A DNA stretch of 64,000 nucleotides. It comes from Balanoglossus misakiensis (lineage: Eukaryota; Animalia; Hemichordata). The notes beneath the pieces are model-generated. The model did not search any database. It was not told the origin of the DNA and saw only the letters and a program-made list of their open reading frames with translations. Where the stretch lies: the NCBI GenBank assembly GCA_040954595.2, contig CM082579.2, positions 9,289,625 through 9,353,624 on the forward strand, given 5' to 3'. The position numbers were made by a program, and so were the translations under genes. Shown here in pieces: positions 39,007-52,653 of the stretch (positions within the stretch are counted from its first letter, which is position 1; each line of letters begins with the position of its first letter).

Positions 39007-39801
39007 TCAGGGTTTTATTCTCAACTTGTACAGCTCATCGTAGCTGTCTTGGGCATCTTCGATTGCCTCTTGGACATACTTTGGAAAACACGTGACATCT
39101 ACTAGTATATCTGATGAACTGCCTTCCGTTTTGGGGTTTTTAATGAAACCATTAGTACGTGCCACTGTCGTATACCAAGAATCTTCCCAATCCCAAGCTT
39201 TGCAACGACCAGTCTCCCAGCTAAGCATGCTTTCTTTGAATTCAAGCCCGACAGCGGCGCAATATTTTTTCATCATGGTCGGTGGGTCACTCAGAAGGTC
39301 GTCTGCGTCGATGACCACCGGTGTTTCGCCTTTGACATCTCTGATGTACTGGTAGAGCTCCCAAATTTCTCGAAAGCCAACTTCACCAAGATGAAACTGA
39401 AAATCTTTACCATAGGCACTAGTGTATGCCTTGTACAAGGAAGTGATCGCCTTAACTGGTCTCCGTATCAGGAAAGAGTGTCGGAAGCCATCGGGCAAAG
39501 CATCCTTCCTTCCGGCTGTTACTAAGCAAAATGCCTGCTCCTTCGCAAATATACCGCTATACTCCGGGTGAGGGCTTTCCAGAAGCTGCTTAACTTCAGA
39601 AAACTTGTAACCAGGCTTCACTGGCTGGTCCGAGTAGTTCTCAAAGATTCGCTCCTCTCCCCAGAATGCCGCCGTGCTGAACAGCTCGTGGTAGACCTTC
39701 AGATCACCGCGTGATCGAATCGACTTTTCGAACGCCGTTGACAGACACCGAGGCACCGACCACAACACTACCCTCGAAAATTCACCACTATTTTCATTCA
39801 T
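39007..39801 (-). CDS. Sulfotransferase-fold protein, copy D
   Basis: Intact 264-aa ORF; N-terminal half closest to copy A. Confidence 0.88.
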   Translation of the reverse strand: MNENSGEFSRVVLWSVPRCLSTAFEKSIRSRGDLKVYHELFSTAAFWGEERIFENYSDQPVKPGYKFSEVKQLLESPHPEYSGIFAKEQAFCLVTAGRKDALPDGFRHSFLIRRPVKAITSLYKAYTSAYGKDFQFHLGEVGFREIWELYQYIRDVKGETPVVIDADDLLSDPPTMMKKYCAAVGLEFKESMLSWETGRCKAWDWEDSWYTTVARTNGFIKNPKTEGSSSDILVDVTCFPKYVQEAIEDAQDSYDELYKLRIKP

Positions 39802-40844
39802 GTTGATTCTGTGAATAAAATATTTTCAGATAGACCACGTGAAAAAAAAATTCCCCCAACCTACCCGGTACTAAAACATTCGTGCATATCTTACCGTATT
39901 GGCAATGCTTCAGGTGGCACTATTCGAAGCTGCCTATGTTGATGTGTCCATACTGCAGGCTTCTATATTTGCAAATATACAGAGAGTAAAATAACTTCCC
40001 GTGTTAGGTCTGTACTATATCAGGCTTTATTTTATGATGTACCAGTAAATAACAGGCTTACAATTTTAATTCATTCGCTAGCTTTATTTCATGTAAGCAC
40101 ACGCTACAAAAAGTATACAATCCGTAGAAATACAAAGCACGCGCAACACAAATAATATTTGATCGGGTAGAATGGTTGAAATCAAGGATGTGACGTGGGG
40201 TCAACGTCAACGTCGGCCTGACTATCGCAGCCTGGGTTAGAAAATCCGTCCTCATATCGGTATGTGACGATTGTATTGGCCTGTATAGTAGTTTCTTCAT
40301 CTGCAGTTCCGAATGCACATGTACATTCATACAACAGGTAAGAAGGGTTGGGGTCGTTGACATTGTAGCTGTATTGAGTGGCAAATGGACAAGTTGTGCT
40401 TTTTGCCTCCCACCACATTTTCCATACACTAAGCGTGGTTCCCTGCCCCGCTTCAACTGCTGGCTGTGCTGTGCTACTATAAAAGGGTCGGGTATGGACT
40501 ACATGTAAATTGTAAGTTGCCCCCCCCCCCCCCGAGTCTGTCCCCGGCCGAGACGTATACTATAGGTCGACCGGTGACACACACCACGTTTGTGGTGTGC
40601 TATGGTCACAAAAAATCCATGTTCACTCTGCTACGTCTACAGAAAAAAATAATACTTTTACCCTTTTTGTCTGTCAGAGAGGTAAATTCAGAAATTAACC
40701 TAAGCTCACCTAGGACTTATCACATAGGAGTTATGTGTGGGTAAATTCTGGTATAAAAGTATTTCATGATAAAAAAAAAGTGTGCGTACTAAGTGAGCTC
40801 TACAGGGTAAAGATGCGCGTTACAACTCACGCTCTCCTTCAACA

Positions 40845-41642
40845 TTATTTCTCTCGGGGTTTCAGTCTTAACCTGTACAGCTCATCGTAGCTCTCTTGGG
40901 CATCTTCGATTGCCTCTTGGACGTACTGTGGAAAACACGTGACATCGATCTCTGATGAACTATCTTCCGTTTTGGGTTTTTTAATGAAACCATTACTACG
41001 TGTCACAGTTGTATACCAGGAATCTTCCCAATCCCAATCTTCGCAACGACCAGGTTCCCAGTGAAGCATGCTTTCTTTGAACTCAAGCCCGACGGCAGAG
41101 CAATATTTTCTCATCATGGTCGGCGGGTCAGCCAGAAGGTCGTCTGCGTCGATGACCACCGGTGTTTCACCTTTGACATCTCTGATGTACTGGAAAAGCT
41201 CCCACATTTCTCGAAATCCTATGTCACCAGAAGAAAACCGAGCATATTTACCAAAAGCACCTGTGTACGCCCTGTAATAGGAAGTGATTGCCTTGATTGG
41301 TCTCCGTATCAGGAAAGAGTGTCGGAAGCCTTCGGGCAAAGCATCTTTCCTTTCGGGTCCCACTAACGAGACGGCATGGTCTTTTCCAAAGACACCACGA
41401 TACCCAGGATGATAACTTTCCAACAGCTCTTTCACTTCAGCAAACTTATAACCGGGCAACATTGGCTGTCCTGAGTACATTTGAAAGTATCGATCTTCTC
41501 CGCGATACGCCGCTGAGTTGAAGAATTCGTGGAATACCTTAACACCCCCTTGTGCCCGTATCGACTTTTCGAAAGCTGTTGACAAGCAACGTGGCGCCGA
41601 CCATAACATAACCCTTGCAAAATCATCACCGTCTTCAGTCAT
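40845..41642 (-). CDS. Sulfotransferase-fold protein, copy E
   Basis: Intact 265-aa ORF; recent duplicate of copy C including ~1.2 kb of upstream sequence. Confidence 0.88.
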   Translation of the reverse strand: MTEDGDDFARVMLWSAPRCLSTAFEKSIRAQGGVKVFHEFFNSAAYRGEDRYFQMYSGQPMLPGYKFAEVKELLESYHPGYRGVFGKDHAVSLVGPERKDALPEGFRHSFLIRRPIKAITSYYRAYTGAFGKYARFSSGDIGFREMWELFQYIRDVKGETPVVIDADDLLADPPTMMRKYCSAVGLEFKESMLHWEPGRCEDWDWEDSWYTTVTRSNGFIKKPKTEDSSSEIDVTCFPQYVQEAIEDAQESYDELYRLRLKPREK

Positions 41643-43903
41643 CTTGCATTGATTCTGTGAATAAAATACAATTATAAGTTAGTGTATAGTTTATCATGGC
41701 GGTTAAACTAGTAAGTAAATAAGTAAATGTCTGGGACATCTCTGCTTATGTCATGAATAATTCCGATGATGATAGCGGTGTCATCTTGTGTGGAATCTGT
41801 GCGGTCACGTTGACCCATATCACAGTGAGCGCTCACCGACCCTTCATAGTGACTGTGGTCATTGGCGCTTGGCGTCACTGGCGCTCACACGCGACTATGC
41901 CGTGACCTAAATTAAAAAACCCTCGACGAGAATTTTCTTTCCACGCCTAATTCAAGGTCACGTTTCCCAGTTAGGTTAATCCCCTGAGCCACTGTGATCG
42001 AATTTCATCAATTTTAGGCAGGTATAAGCGTTCGATCTCGGGTAATGTTGCTCATGTGGGAAGAAGGTTCGCATTTAACAGCGTTGGTTTTAGCTTCAGA
42101 AAAGACATTGTCTTGGACCTGATTAAGTGACGTGACTTGAAGTTATGAATGTGTTTCTATATATTGGAATCAAACGATGAAGAAATGCGTGTTCCAAACT
42201 TGCCTGTACTCTCCTCCTTATCCCCTGGTTGACTCTTTACCCTCAACTTTTCTGTAAAGTGCAGGTGCCAAGCCGACGGGGGTATAGGGGAAAATATCAT
42301 ACGCTGACTGCAACCTCTGCTGTAGACCACTGAACATGACCAAGACCAGAGTAGCAAACAAGGGCTGTGACTGAGAGAGTCTATCAAACCCAGCACAGCC
42401 GGCCCTGTCACACACACACAGAGCTGAGGCCAAGAGAAACTCTATTCCTGACCACCACCCACTTCACGTTCCTGCATTTCTTACCGTTCTACGAAGGCTT
42501 CAACTGTTGCTCGTGAATATGTTCCAGTAATTCAAGAAGGCTTTCTCAAGAAGGCTTCCACTGAATAGGTTAAGGGACCGTCGCACATTGTCGCACAAGT
42601 TCATAAAGATTTTTTTTCGCTTAGGGAGCTTTCACTTCCAGGTGGAGTTTCCATATTACTGATCGTGATTTTTTTTGTTATATGTCTTTATAGTACCCTT
42701 TCCTCGTACATCAAAAAATTCATACACGCTCATTCATCCGCAATACAATCATTTCATCACATTTTGGAGGAACGAGAGTTATCACAAATAGGTGACCACA
42801 TTTTGCGCATCTCAAATAACGAAGGGGGGGGGGGTCGATCCAAAACAAACGTTTCGGCACTTGCACATAATTGCATCATACCGTCACTCGTACTAGCACT
42901 CACAGAGTTTTGAAAAGGTTGATCGTAAAATATAGGGCGAGGAAATGGACTTTTCAACGAAAGATAGTCTTTGTGATCGGAAAAGCCGTAGAGATACCAC
43001 CCAAGTTTTGACATCGTTAAGGAGTGTTACAAACTTGGTCAGTCGGTGTTGCTGTTCGCCCACTTACCAACAGAAAGTGAATGAGTGTTAAAAAAAATTC
43101 GTTTTCTTTGACCTTGCAATTGACAACGTACGTATACATCTATTCAATTGCGAATCATATGTGTGCACTTTACTCTGACCGACCTGATAACCCGGTTTAC
43201 TTGGGGAGGGGGGGGAGGGTGTCCAGTTGCCCACCAAAACAAAGAAGGCGTTGTGTTGCTACAGCCCACGATTCGCTACAAGGCTCTTCACTGACGCGCC
43301 CTCAACCGTTTGGCAAGGGAGAAGCACCGTTTGGTGCGCCGGGCACACATTCAATCAGTCCATAAGCCTGCATGGCCGGACGACGAGAGGGGTAATATGT
43401 AATACTTCTATTATCATATGGCTCACATTTCACGCAGTGGTCACGAAGCTCTGACATATTCATTCACACCAGACTTTATTTATGAACCAGAATTCAAGAT
43501 GCTCACGATAGACCTTAATAAAGTTGTTCGCTCAAATAAAGCAATTTTCAATCAGTGTTTCCGAACCATTTATTTTCCTTCACATCTAGAATTCAGTGAA
43601 TCAATGAACTAAAGTCAATAACATAACAGAGGATGTATGAACTACGACCACATAAACCATAATTTGCGAACCCTTTGGTGTTTCAACTGTCAATCATATA
43701 GTAATATAGTTATCAAAGTTCCGTCAATGATGTCCGAAGATCTCAACAGACTCCATGATGCAATGTGTTCTCTTTTACCGGTAAGGTCTCGGTATGTACA
43801 TTTCCAATATTTAAGACATTTTGACTTGTGCCCGAATGAATAACAAAATCATATTTGGAGTAAAATATTAAAGCGCTTCAATCTAAGCATAACTCGGAAG
43901 TGA

Positions 43904-45520
<1,617 letters not shown>

Positions 45521-46345
45521 CTATAAAGGAAAATAGGAAACCAATAATCGAGCATGACAGACTCTGGCATTGTATTCTGTGAACTGCTCCCTACTGTCAT
45601 GCTATTAACTCTTTGTCCTATTTCATAACTGCTGACTATAGTACGTGTGCTGGTGCAGATTACTACCTGGTCTGCAGGAAACCCCGTTGAACGCATCAGG
45701 GCTGATCAGTAATATTTTGGACCTATACTGGAGGGTTTGAATGTGATTTTGCTGCGCTGAAGACACGCACGCACACACACACATACACACACAACCACAC
45801 ACAGATGAATATGTTTCACATGTTGGTGAAAACTCGAAGCACGATGTATAAATAACCAGTATTTAGCTTGCAATACAATCTAGATGTGTATAACTAGGAA
45901 TCTTACAGTGGGTTATTGCATTAAAACCCGAAGCTGAATTCGTTTATCAGGAATAAAGATGTTCGCTCGATATAACTTACATGTACATACTAGGTATGAT
46001 GATGGTATGGGGAGTAGAATAAGAAATTGCAATTGCTATACTTGGAGCCCACAAGCGTGACGTGTGTGTCTAATGCTGCTCTTCACAGATACTCGAGTTT
46101 TTTCTCTCTCGAGTGTTTATGGTTTATATAAGGTACAGATTATAATAATCTTAAAGGTGGATATCATGATATATTGACGAGCACCGATGTGTATGGCAGG
46201 TTACGCGCCAGTTCATTATTTGAGACTTCCGTTTTACACAACTTTCAGGGAAGGGGTCAAACATCACGCATTCAATGCTATTATAGTATAATACTATACT
46301 TCGAAAAACAGTACTCACGTTTCTTCATCCCTTTCACGGAGTAGC

Positions 46346-47089
46346 ACGTGTGGAGATAATCTGAACACAGGAAGAAAGAAATGTCTATCGCTTAAACTTG
46401 AGAGGCATGTGACGGGTATTCGTCTCGGTCCTATTGTGATGATACTGATTGTTAGGCGTGGTGGATGCAAATTAGTGTTTAGCACCGGCTGTTCATGTAC
46501 TGTCTGTGGTTGATCTCTTCCCTCTAATTCCTCAACTTATCATTGTTTCTATGTTAAACAGAAAAAGATGTTAAGATGGCAACCTTTGATGATACAAATC
46601 ATGGCGAATGGTGGGTAGAATATTGTACTCTGTGAATGACACACTTCACATGAAATATTTAAGTTTTTCACCAAGTTTATTTTACCATGGTTGCCAATAA
46701 AGTACACTTGGAACAAAGTCAACTGTTTTTTACATATTTTATGCATGGTGGGTCTTGGTCCATTGGCCACTCGCCGAGCTGTGAGTTACTCATACCTGAA
46801 TGTAAATAAAATAAAAGACTGAGAATTTATTATATTACCAATTCTGGCAACAATTCATTGAAAATACAAAATGTATATGTGAGGTTGTGTATGATTTATT
46901 GCACATAAAACGACAAAAACGTGTGGAGATAATCTGAACACAGGAAGAAAGAAATGTCTGTCGCTTAACCTTGAGAGGCATGTGACGGGTATTCGTCTCG
47001 GTCCTATTGTGATGATACTGATTGTTAGGCGTGGTGGATGCAAATTAGTGTTTAGCACCGGCTGTTCATGTACTGTCTGTGGTTGATCT
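46346..47089. repeat. Pair of 171-bp near-identical direct repeats (46346-46516, 46919-47089)
   Basis: Read directly; only about two substitutions seen between copies. Confidence 0.92.
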
Positions 47090-47399
47090 ACATTATACGG
47101 TGGACGATACCGACACTCCTCTGCTAACTTAATCTGCTCTCCTGAGTTAATCTGCTATGCTGTCGTAACATTATGTATACATGTACGGTGGACCGTCGAT
47201 ACCAACTTAATCTGCTCTGCTAACTATACCTGCTTTGCTGTCGACCTGCTCTCTGCTGAGTTAATCTGCTTTGCTGACTTAATCTGCTCTACTGTCGACC
47301 TGCTGTGCTATGCTAAGTCTGCTCTGCTGAGTTAACCAGAAGTACTGGAGTACATTTGTACGAACAAACATACGCTCGTCTCGGAGAGGTAGAGTCAGT

Positions 47400-47436
<37 letters not shown>

Positions 47437-47446
47437 CGACAACAAC
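47400..47446. repeat. (CAA)n microsatellite
   Basis: Read directly. Confidence 0.95.
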
Positions 47447-47483
47447 GAGAGTTCCCAAGCGAGCGCGGGAGCATGTCAATAAA

Positions 47484-47668
47484 AGGTATACAGTCACCTC
47501 CAATTTACATACGTCCATATATGACTGAAATGGCGTATTTGAGCGTTCTAAAGAACATATGGTGGCGCTCTTTTTTTCGCGTGTGCCACCCATTGAAAAT
47601 CTGTGAGTGGCCAGATCTCAAGTTGCCATAGTAACTATAGGTAGTTTTCCATAGGTGACCGTATACCT
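47484..47668. mobile_element. ~185-bp TTAA-associated MITE, Kolobok-like
   Basis: AGGTATACAGTCACCT ... AGGTGACCGTATACCT|TTAA, 16-bp TIR with one mismatch. Confidence 0.75.
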
Positions 47669-50600
47669 TTAAGGTAGTGAACATGAGGGAGGGGGGGGTG
47701 ACTGATGAGGCATCTCAACCACAGCTAATAGTGCTAAGATCTTTATGCTACGCCATTTCAACTACACACAAGTTGTCTGTGGCTCTGGCTCATTCGGCCT
47801 ATTTAAAGTCACGTGACTAAACCTGGTAGATAGTTAGATTTATCACATACATTGATCCGCTTATCACAACAGTATGGCGTTATACTATATAGTATGGTGT
47901 AAACATTATAGGTAATTTCACTTTTCTTTTCTTTTCTGATTGTTTCACTTATTTCATGCGAAGAATTGAAATACTTGTCAAACATACATCATAAACAGTC
48001 CGTAAAACCAGAATGTGAAAAAAGTGATGTAGCGCCCTCTTACGACAGTTACGACAATGGCTTTTACGATTTTGAGTATTGACGCAACCAAGGTGGCTGT
48101 ATTCTTTCATGAATTAAATCAAGAGCCGTTCCATTGTAAGTAAATATGTCTTCTTTTACAAGGGGGTTGCTTTTATTGAATACAATGCTTTGTGTGGACA
48201 GATAAAATCCATGTAGCTTAAGACAGATTTTAAAATCTGATTGATGAATTTCGGAAATTAACAAGATCATCATCATGTATCAGACAAATATACATTCAAG
48301 GAAAGGTCGAAAGTACAACCTTGATTGATGTCTATCTTGGAATCAAAATCCTTAGTTAGGCACAACTGTGTTATGAAAATTACCATTAAAATTCTGATTT
48401 TTAAAATTTCCAAGTCAAACCTGTAATCTACGCCAAACGCTGCACGGTCACTTGATTTTTGAATTACGCCGCCTACGGTGAAAATGGCCCGTTTCGACAA
48501 ATCACAAAAATCAGATAGAAGAAACGCGTACAACGTGCAGCTAATGTTCAGGGATAAAGTGAATATATAGATCGTTACCGAGGTTTTTGCTTGTCTGGAA
48601 CATTGCATGAAAATGCGGTTTTACCAATCGACAAAAAAGTATGCCACTTCACTCTGACGAGGAGGATCCTCGAAACGGAGCTGCACAAAACCGTGCGCGT
48701 TGCTATCCACTGCCAGTGAGGGCGGTGCAACGTTACCAGAAATGTGCAGCAAACCAAGTTACCGAGATGATGAAACATGGCGGGCGAATCAATGGGGGGG
48801 GGGGGGGGGGCTTATAATTTACTGAATCGAGGGTTTGGCAACAAATGGCTGTAAACCAAAATTAGTGTTCGAAAACTTATACCTTAAAAAATCAACGAGA
48901 CTATGGTATCTTTTACGTACGGACATTTTCCCAAATGCCATCGGTTACTACATGTATATGATATGTGTGTATCATCTCTCTGTCTTGGTCTCTGGCAGCA
49001 CGCAAATAAACTAGCAGTATCACACTTATTGGGTTACAGAGGCAGTAGTCACAACTTTTAAGATTGCCGTGTTTTTTTTAAATCTAGGTATCGGTTACAT
49101 TTACTTTAAAACGCCGATTATTGTCACAGTTAGTTAGCCTGCATGGGTGTCTGCGTTACACTATCTTCAAGTTAATAACGACAAGGAAAATTAAGTGAGG
49201 GATTTATTTTTCAGGTGTCGACGATATTCATATTTCATAAGACTGTTGACAGGAAGTAAACATTCAGTATACATGTAAATGGTAGATATGCAGTCACTTC
49301 TGCTGTCTACGAACCAGTAAGTGGAATATTGCATATTAGGGATTCAACATGACTCAATTACCGCAGAACGAGACGTACGTTGAATAATATTAGAACATGT
49401 ACTGTAAAAAAGAAACTAAAAGGGAGTTCTGTCTCCACAATTTAAGAAGATGATACATTTCTATGTGTTTTGCTTGTATTACTGTCTGTCTGTCTCTCTC
49501 TCTCTCTCTGTCTGTATGTCTCTACCTGCTTGTCTGTCCCCTCTCTCAGCTGTACCCTACCCGACCTTTGATAAATTGGTAATTAGCTGTTCAAGGAACA
49601 CCAGTCCCTGTCAACTGCCAGTTGTGGTTGTCATAATCAATCATGACATCGCCGTCAATTTGTTGGGCAAACCGTTTATTTTTGTTGACAGTGCCGATGA
49701 TGAAAACATTTAGAGTCGTTCATTTGTTCAAACACGGCTTTCGCACCCGCAGCGGAGGCGCTAGCAGATCTAACCCTTTTTCGATACGACCGAGCTACTT
49801 CATTATTTTTAATTATTTACTGTCAGTATTTATGATTGATCGGACGGTGTGCAGTCTTCTTGATCAACCCCGCGCGGCTTACTTCGCGACGCGTTTCTGT
49901 CATGTTACAGGTACTGTAGCTCAGCTGTAGTCCTGGCCTTTATTATGATTACGATTTAAGGATGTGCTCACCATAATCAAACCTGTTGTCTACTCAAATG
50001 ACATTATACACGTTTTGCCGACAATGTGATCGGTTAATAAAACAAGGAGAGACGTGTACTGCACGAGCGGAACCTTAATACTTCGTTAGGGAGTGTGTAA
50101 CGCTCACGATAGGATCATAAAAAAAATCGGAGACCGGGTTCCGCGAAAGCGGAGAGACGTGTTTGTGTACACAGTCACGCATGACGTAGCGTCGTTACTA
50201 CGATTATGTCGCACGGCGACTCGACACAGCTATTGTAAATAGACCTCCTTTTATAGGAGCATGAATTTTTAAAACATAATGAAATTTCGATTTGTTAAGT
50301 TTCAACGCACGATCCCCTGTAAGCTTCGCGTTCCAGCGGACAGTGTTGTCGTGTACGTGGCAGCGAGAAGAAGCGAAACGGAGAAATATCCGTTTCCAAC
50401 GAATCTGGAGTCTGGGCGTGCAGTGCAGCAGCCGAGATGCGCGCGAGAAACAGAGTCGTTTGTTGACGGAAAAGAATACAACTCGCTCGATCTAGTCAAC
50501 CGCGGGTAGAGACGACATCGCGTGTCTCCAAGGACACGGACTTAAATCTAGCACAATGTGTGATTGTGTGTCGAGTTACCCCACGCACCTGTGATGCGAT

Positions 50601-51264
50601 GGATTTGTTGTCTGTCCTCCGCGCTAGTCAACTTTATCATTTCGCGGCCACGGTCAAACGCTTTCGATAACAGCCGGCGCGTGACAGCGACCGGGACGAA
50701 AAAGGATTCTATTTTAACCCCGGTATAGTAATAGCTCCGATCTAAAAACCTCTATTCAGAGATAAATAACCGAGACCTATTCGGCCTTTGTGGGATGATC
50801 ACGTGTATTTTTTTACACGTGGAACACAAAGCCAGCATATTTAGAAATGCGTAGGTATAGCAACTGCTGCAGTTGTAAATGTCAAATGGTGCCAAATTGC
50901 TCAGCTGGTCAATTGTGCGTTTTCCCCTTTATCTGTATGCAAACTTATGCAAATATCGATTATGTAATTGTAAAAAATACAAAAATTATGCGAATATTGA
51001 TTATATTAATGTTTACAAAATGCAAAACCTACGATGACTGAAATGTTTTTTTTCGACTTTTCAGAGAGATAAAGCGATAAAACACGAGACGTTACACGGC
51101 AGAAGTCATCTCTTGTTATCATAGTCAATGTCAACTCGTGTTACGATTGAACCCCCTAAATAATAATCGAAAAGGCTTTCAAAAGTTACGCAACTTTCTG
51201 TAAAATCGTTTCAAAAAAACTCAAAAATGCTTCTGTTATAGTCTCGCAATGACTGTCGTGAAAC

Positions 51265-51457
51265 ATGCACCCCCACCCACACCCCTTTAGGCCACATCCC
51301 AACTTCCCTGCGTTTGTAACAAAAACCAACAAAGTAAAACTGAGAGGAAAACGGAAGTAATGTTGGCGGCGGGAACAAGACGACGGAAAAAGCGACATCT
51401 AAATAAAACGGCCAGCCATCGAGGATATTTTTATCGGCAGCCATGTGTCCGGTGAGT
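51265..51457 (+). promoter_or_regulatory. Candidate promoter and short first exon ending ATG TGT CCG|GTGAGT
   Basis: CACCC boxes at ~51270-51285, ETS-type CGGAAGT at 51352, Kozak-like GCAGCCATG at 51443, consensus donor at 51452. Confidence 0.4.
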
Positions 51458-51925
51458 CTGCGTGCGGTTTTCGTACTTGGCAGCCACGTGCGCCAACTTG
51501 AACACATCAGGAAACGACAAAGGGTAGTCGTAAATGAAGCGTTTGCGACCGGCGACTTTGTTTGACTGGCGAATGAAAACTTTCATTTTGTAACCGACGA
51601 CATACAAAAGGCGTTTTCTCTACTCCAGATGATGCTGTTTCCGATGATAAACGTTGCTCTTTGTGAGGAGGTGGCTTGGCGGCCGTGCACCGTGCGACAA
51701 CGTGACAATATCGCCTGAACTACAACCCCCCCCCCCCCCCATCTATACAACTCGCCGAGTTCATTTACCCAACATTTTATATTTTGACATCGCGTGTGAC
51801 AACGACCTTATAAGTCATTGATTCAGAGACCTCTCAGAAGACGTGAAGAAAAGAAATAGTTTGTAAACCACCCGTAGCCAAGAAAGGGAGGGAGGGAGGG
51901 TGGGGGGGGGGGGGGAGGGGGAGAG

Positions 51926-52075
51926 TACGTACGTACGTACGTACATACATACATACATACATACATACATACATACATACATACATACATACATACATAC
52001 ATACATACATACATACATACATACATACATACATACATACATACATACATACATACATACATACATACATACGTA
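51926..52075. repeat. (TACG)n/(TACA)n microsatellite
   Basis: Read directly; explains the CMYV-repeat ORFs. Confidence 0.97.
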
Positions 52076-52453
52076 GAGAGAGAGTGCAGACAAACACACA
52101 TAGTTAGAGATATATCGAGGAATTCCCTGGCCAAAGCACTCCTCTACCACTATCTGTGCAACCACATTCTCACCAGTCACACTGTCCCCCATATTTCAAA
52201 GATTATGGGCTTTCTATATCCTCTGGTTCTCGCATTAGGTTTAGTCGACGTTGAACGTTTTCAGGCGCAGAGCTTTCGTTTTCTATTGAAATATTTATCA
52301 AGTTAATCCGTTTACTTTAAGATGATAAGGAAGGTGATCTTTCGGTATCACCAAGGCCGGTATTTCTAACGTATCACTAATCTATACGTTGAAAATGAGG
52401 GAGTGTTATAAGTTGAGCTCGTTGTTTCCCTAAGGATCCGGGTAGGATGCGCG

Positions 52454-52653
52454 TGAATGAATGAATGAACGAATGAACGAACGAACGAGTGAGTGAGTGA
52501 GTGAGTGAGTGAGTGAGTGAGTGAATGAGTGAGTGAGTGAGTGAGTGAGTGAATGAATGAATGAATGAATGAATGAATGAATGAATGAATGAATGAATGA
52601 ATGAATGAATGAATGAATGAATGAATGAACGAACGAACGAATGAATGAATGAA
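52454..52653. repeat. Compound (TGAA)n/(GAGT)n/(CGAA)n microsatellite
   Basis: Read directly; explains the HSFI-repeat ORF. Confidence 0.97.

Noticed and set aside
31805-41521. Repeated plus-strand ORFs (MKHAFFELKPD..., MTSISDEL...)
   Set aside because: Antisense shadows of the sulfotransferase paralogues; their stop positions differ between copies.
47356-47631. Poly-Q ORF
   Set aside because: Spans a (CAA)n repeat and a MITE, with no domain or splice support.
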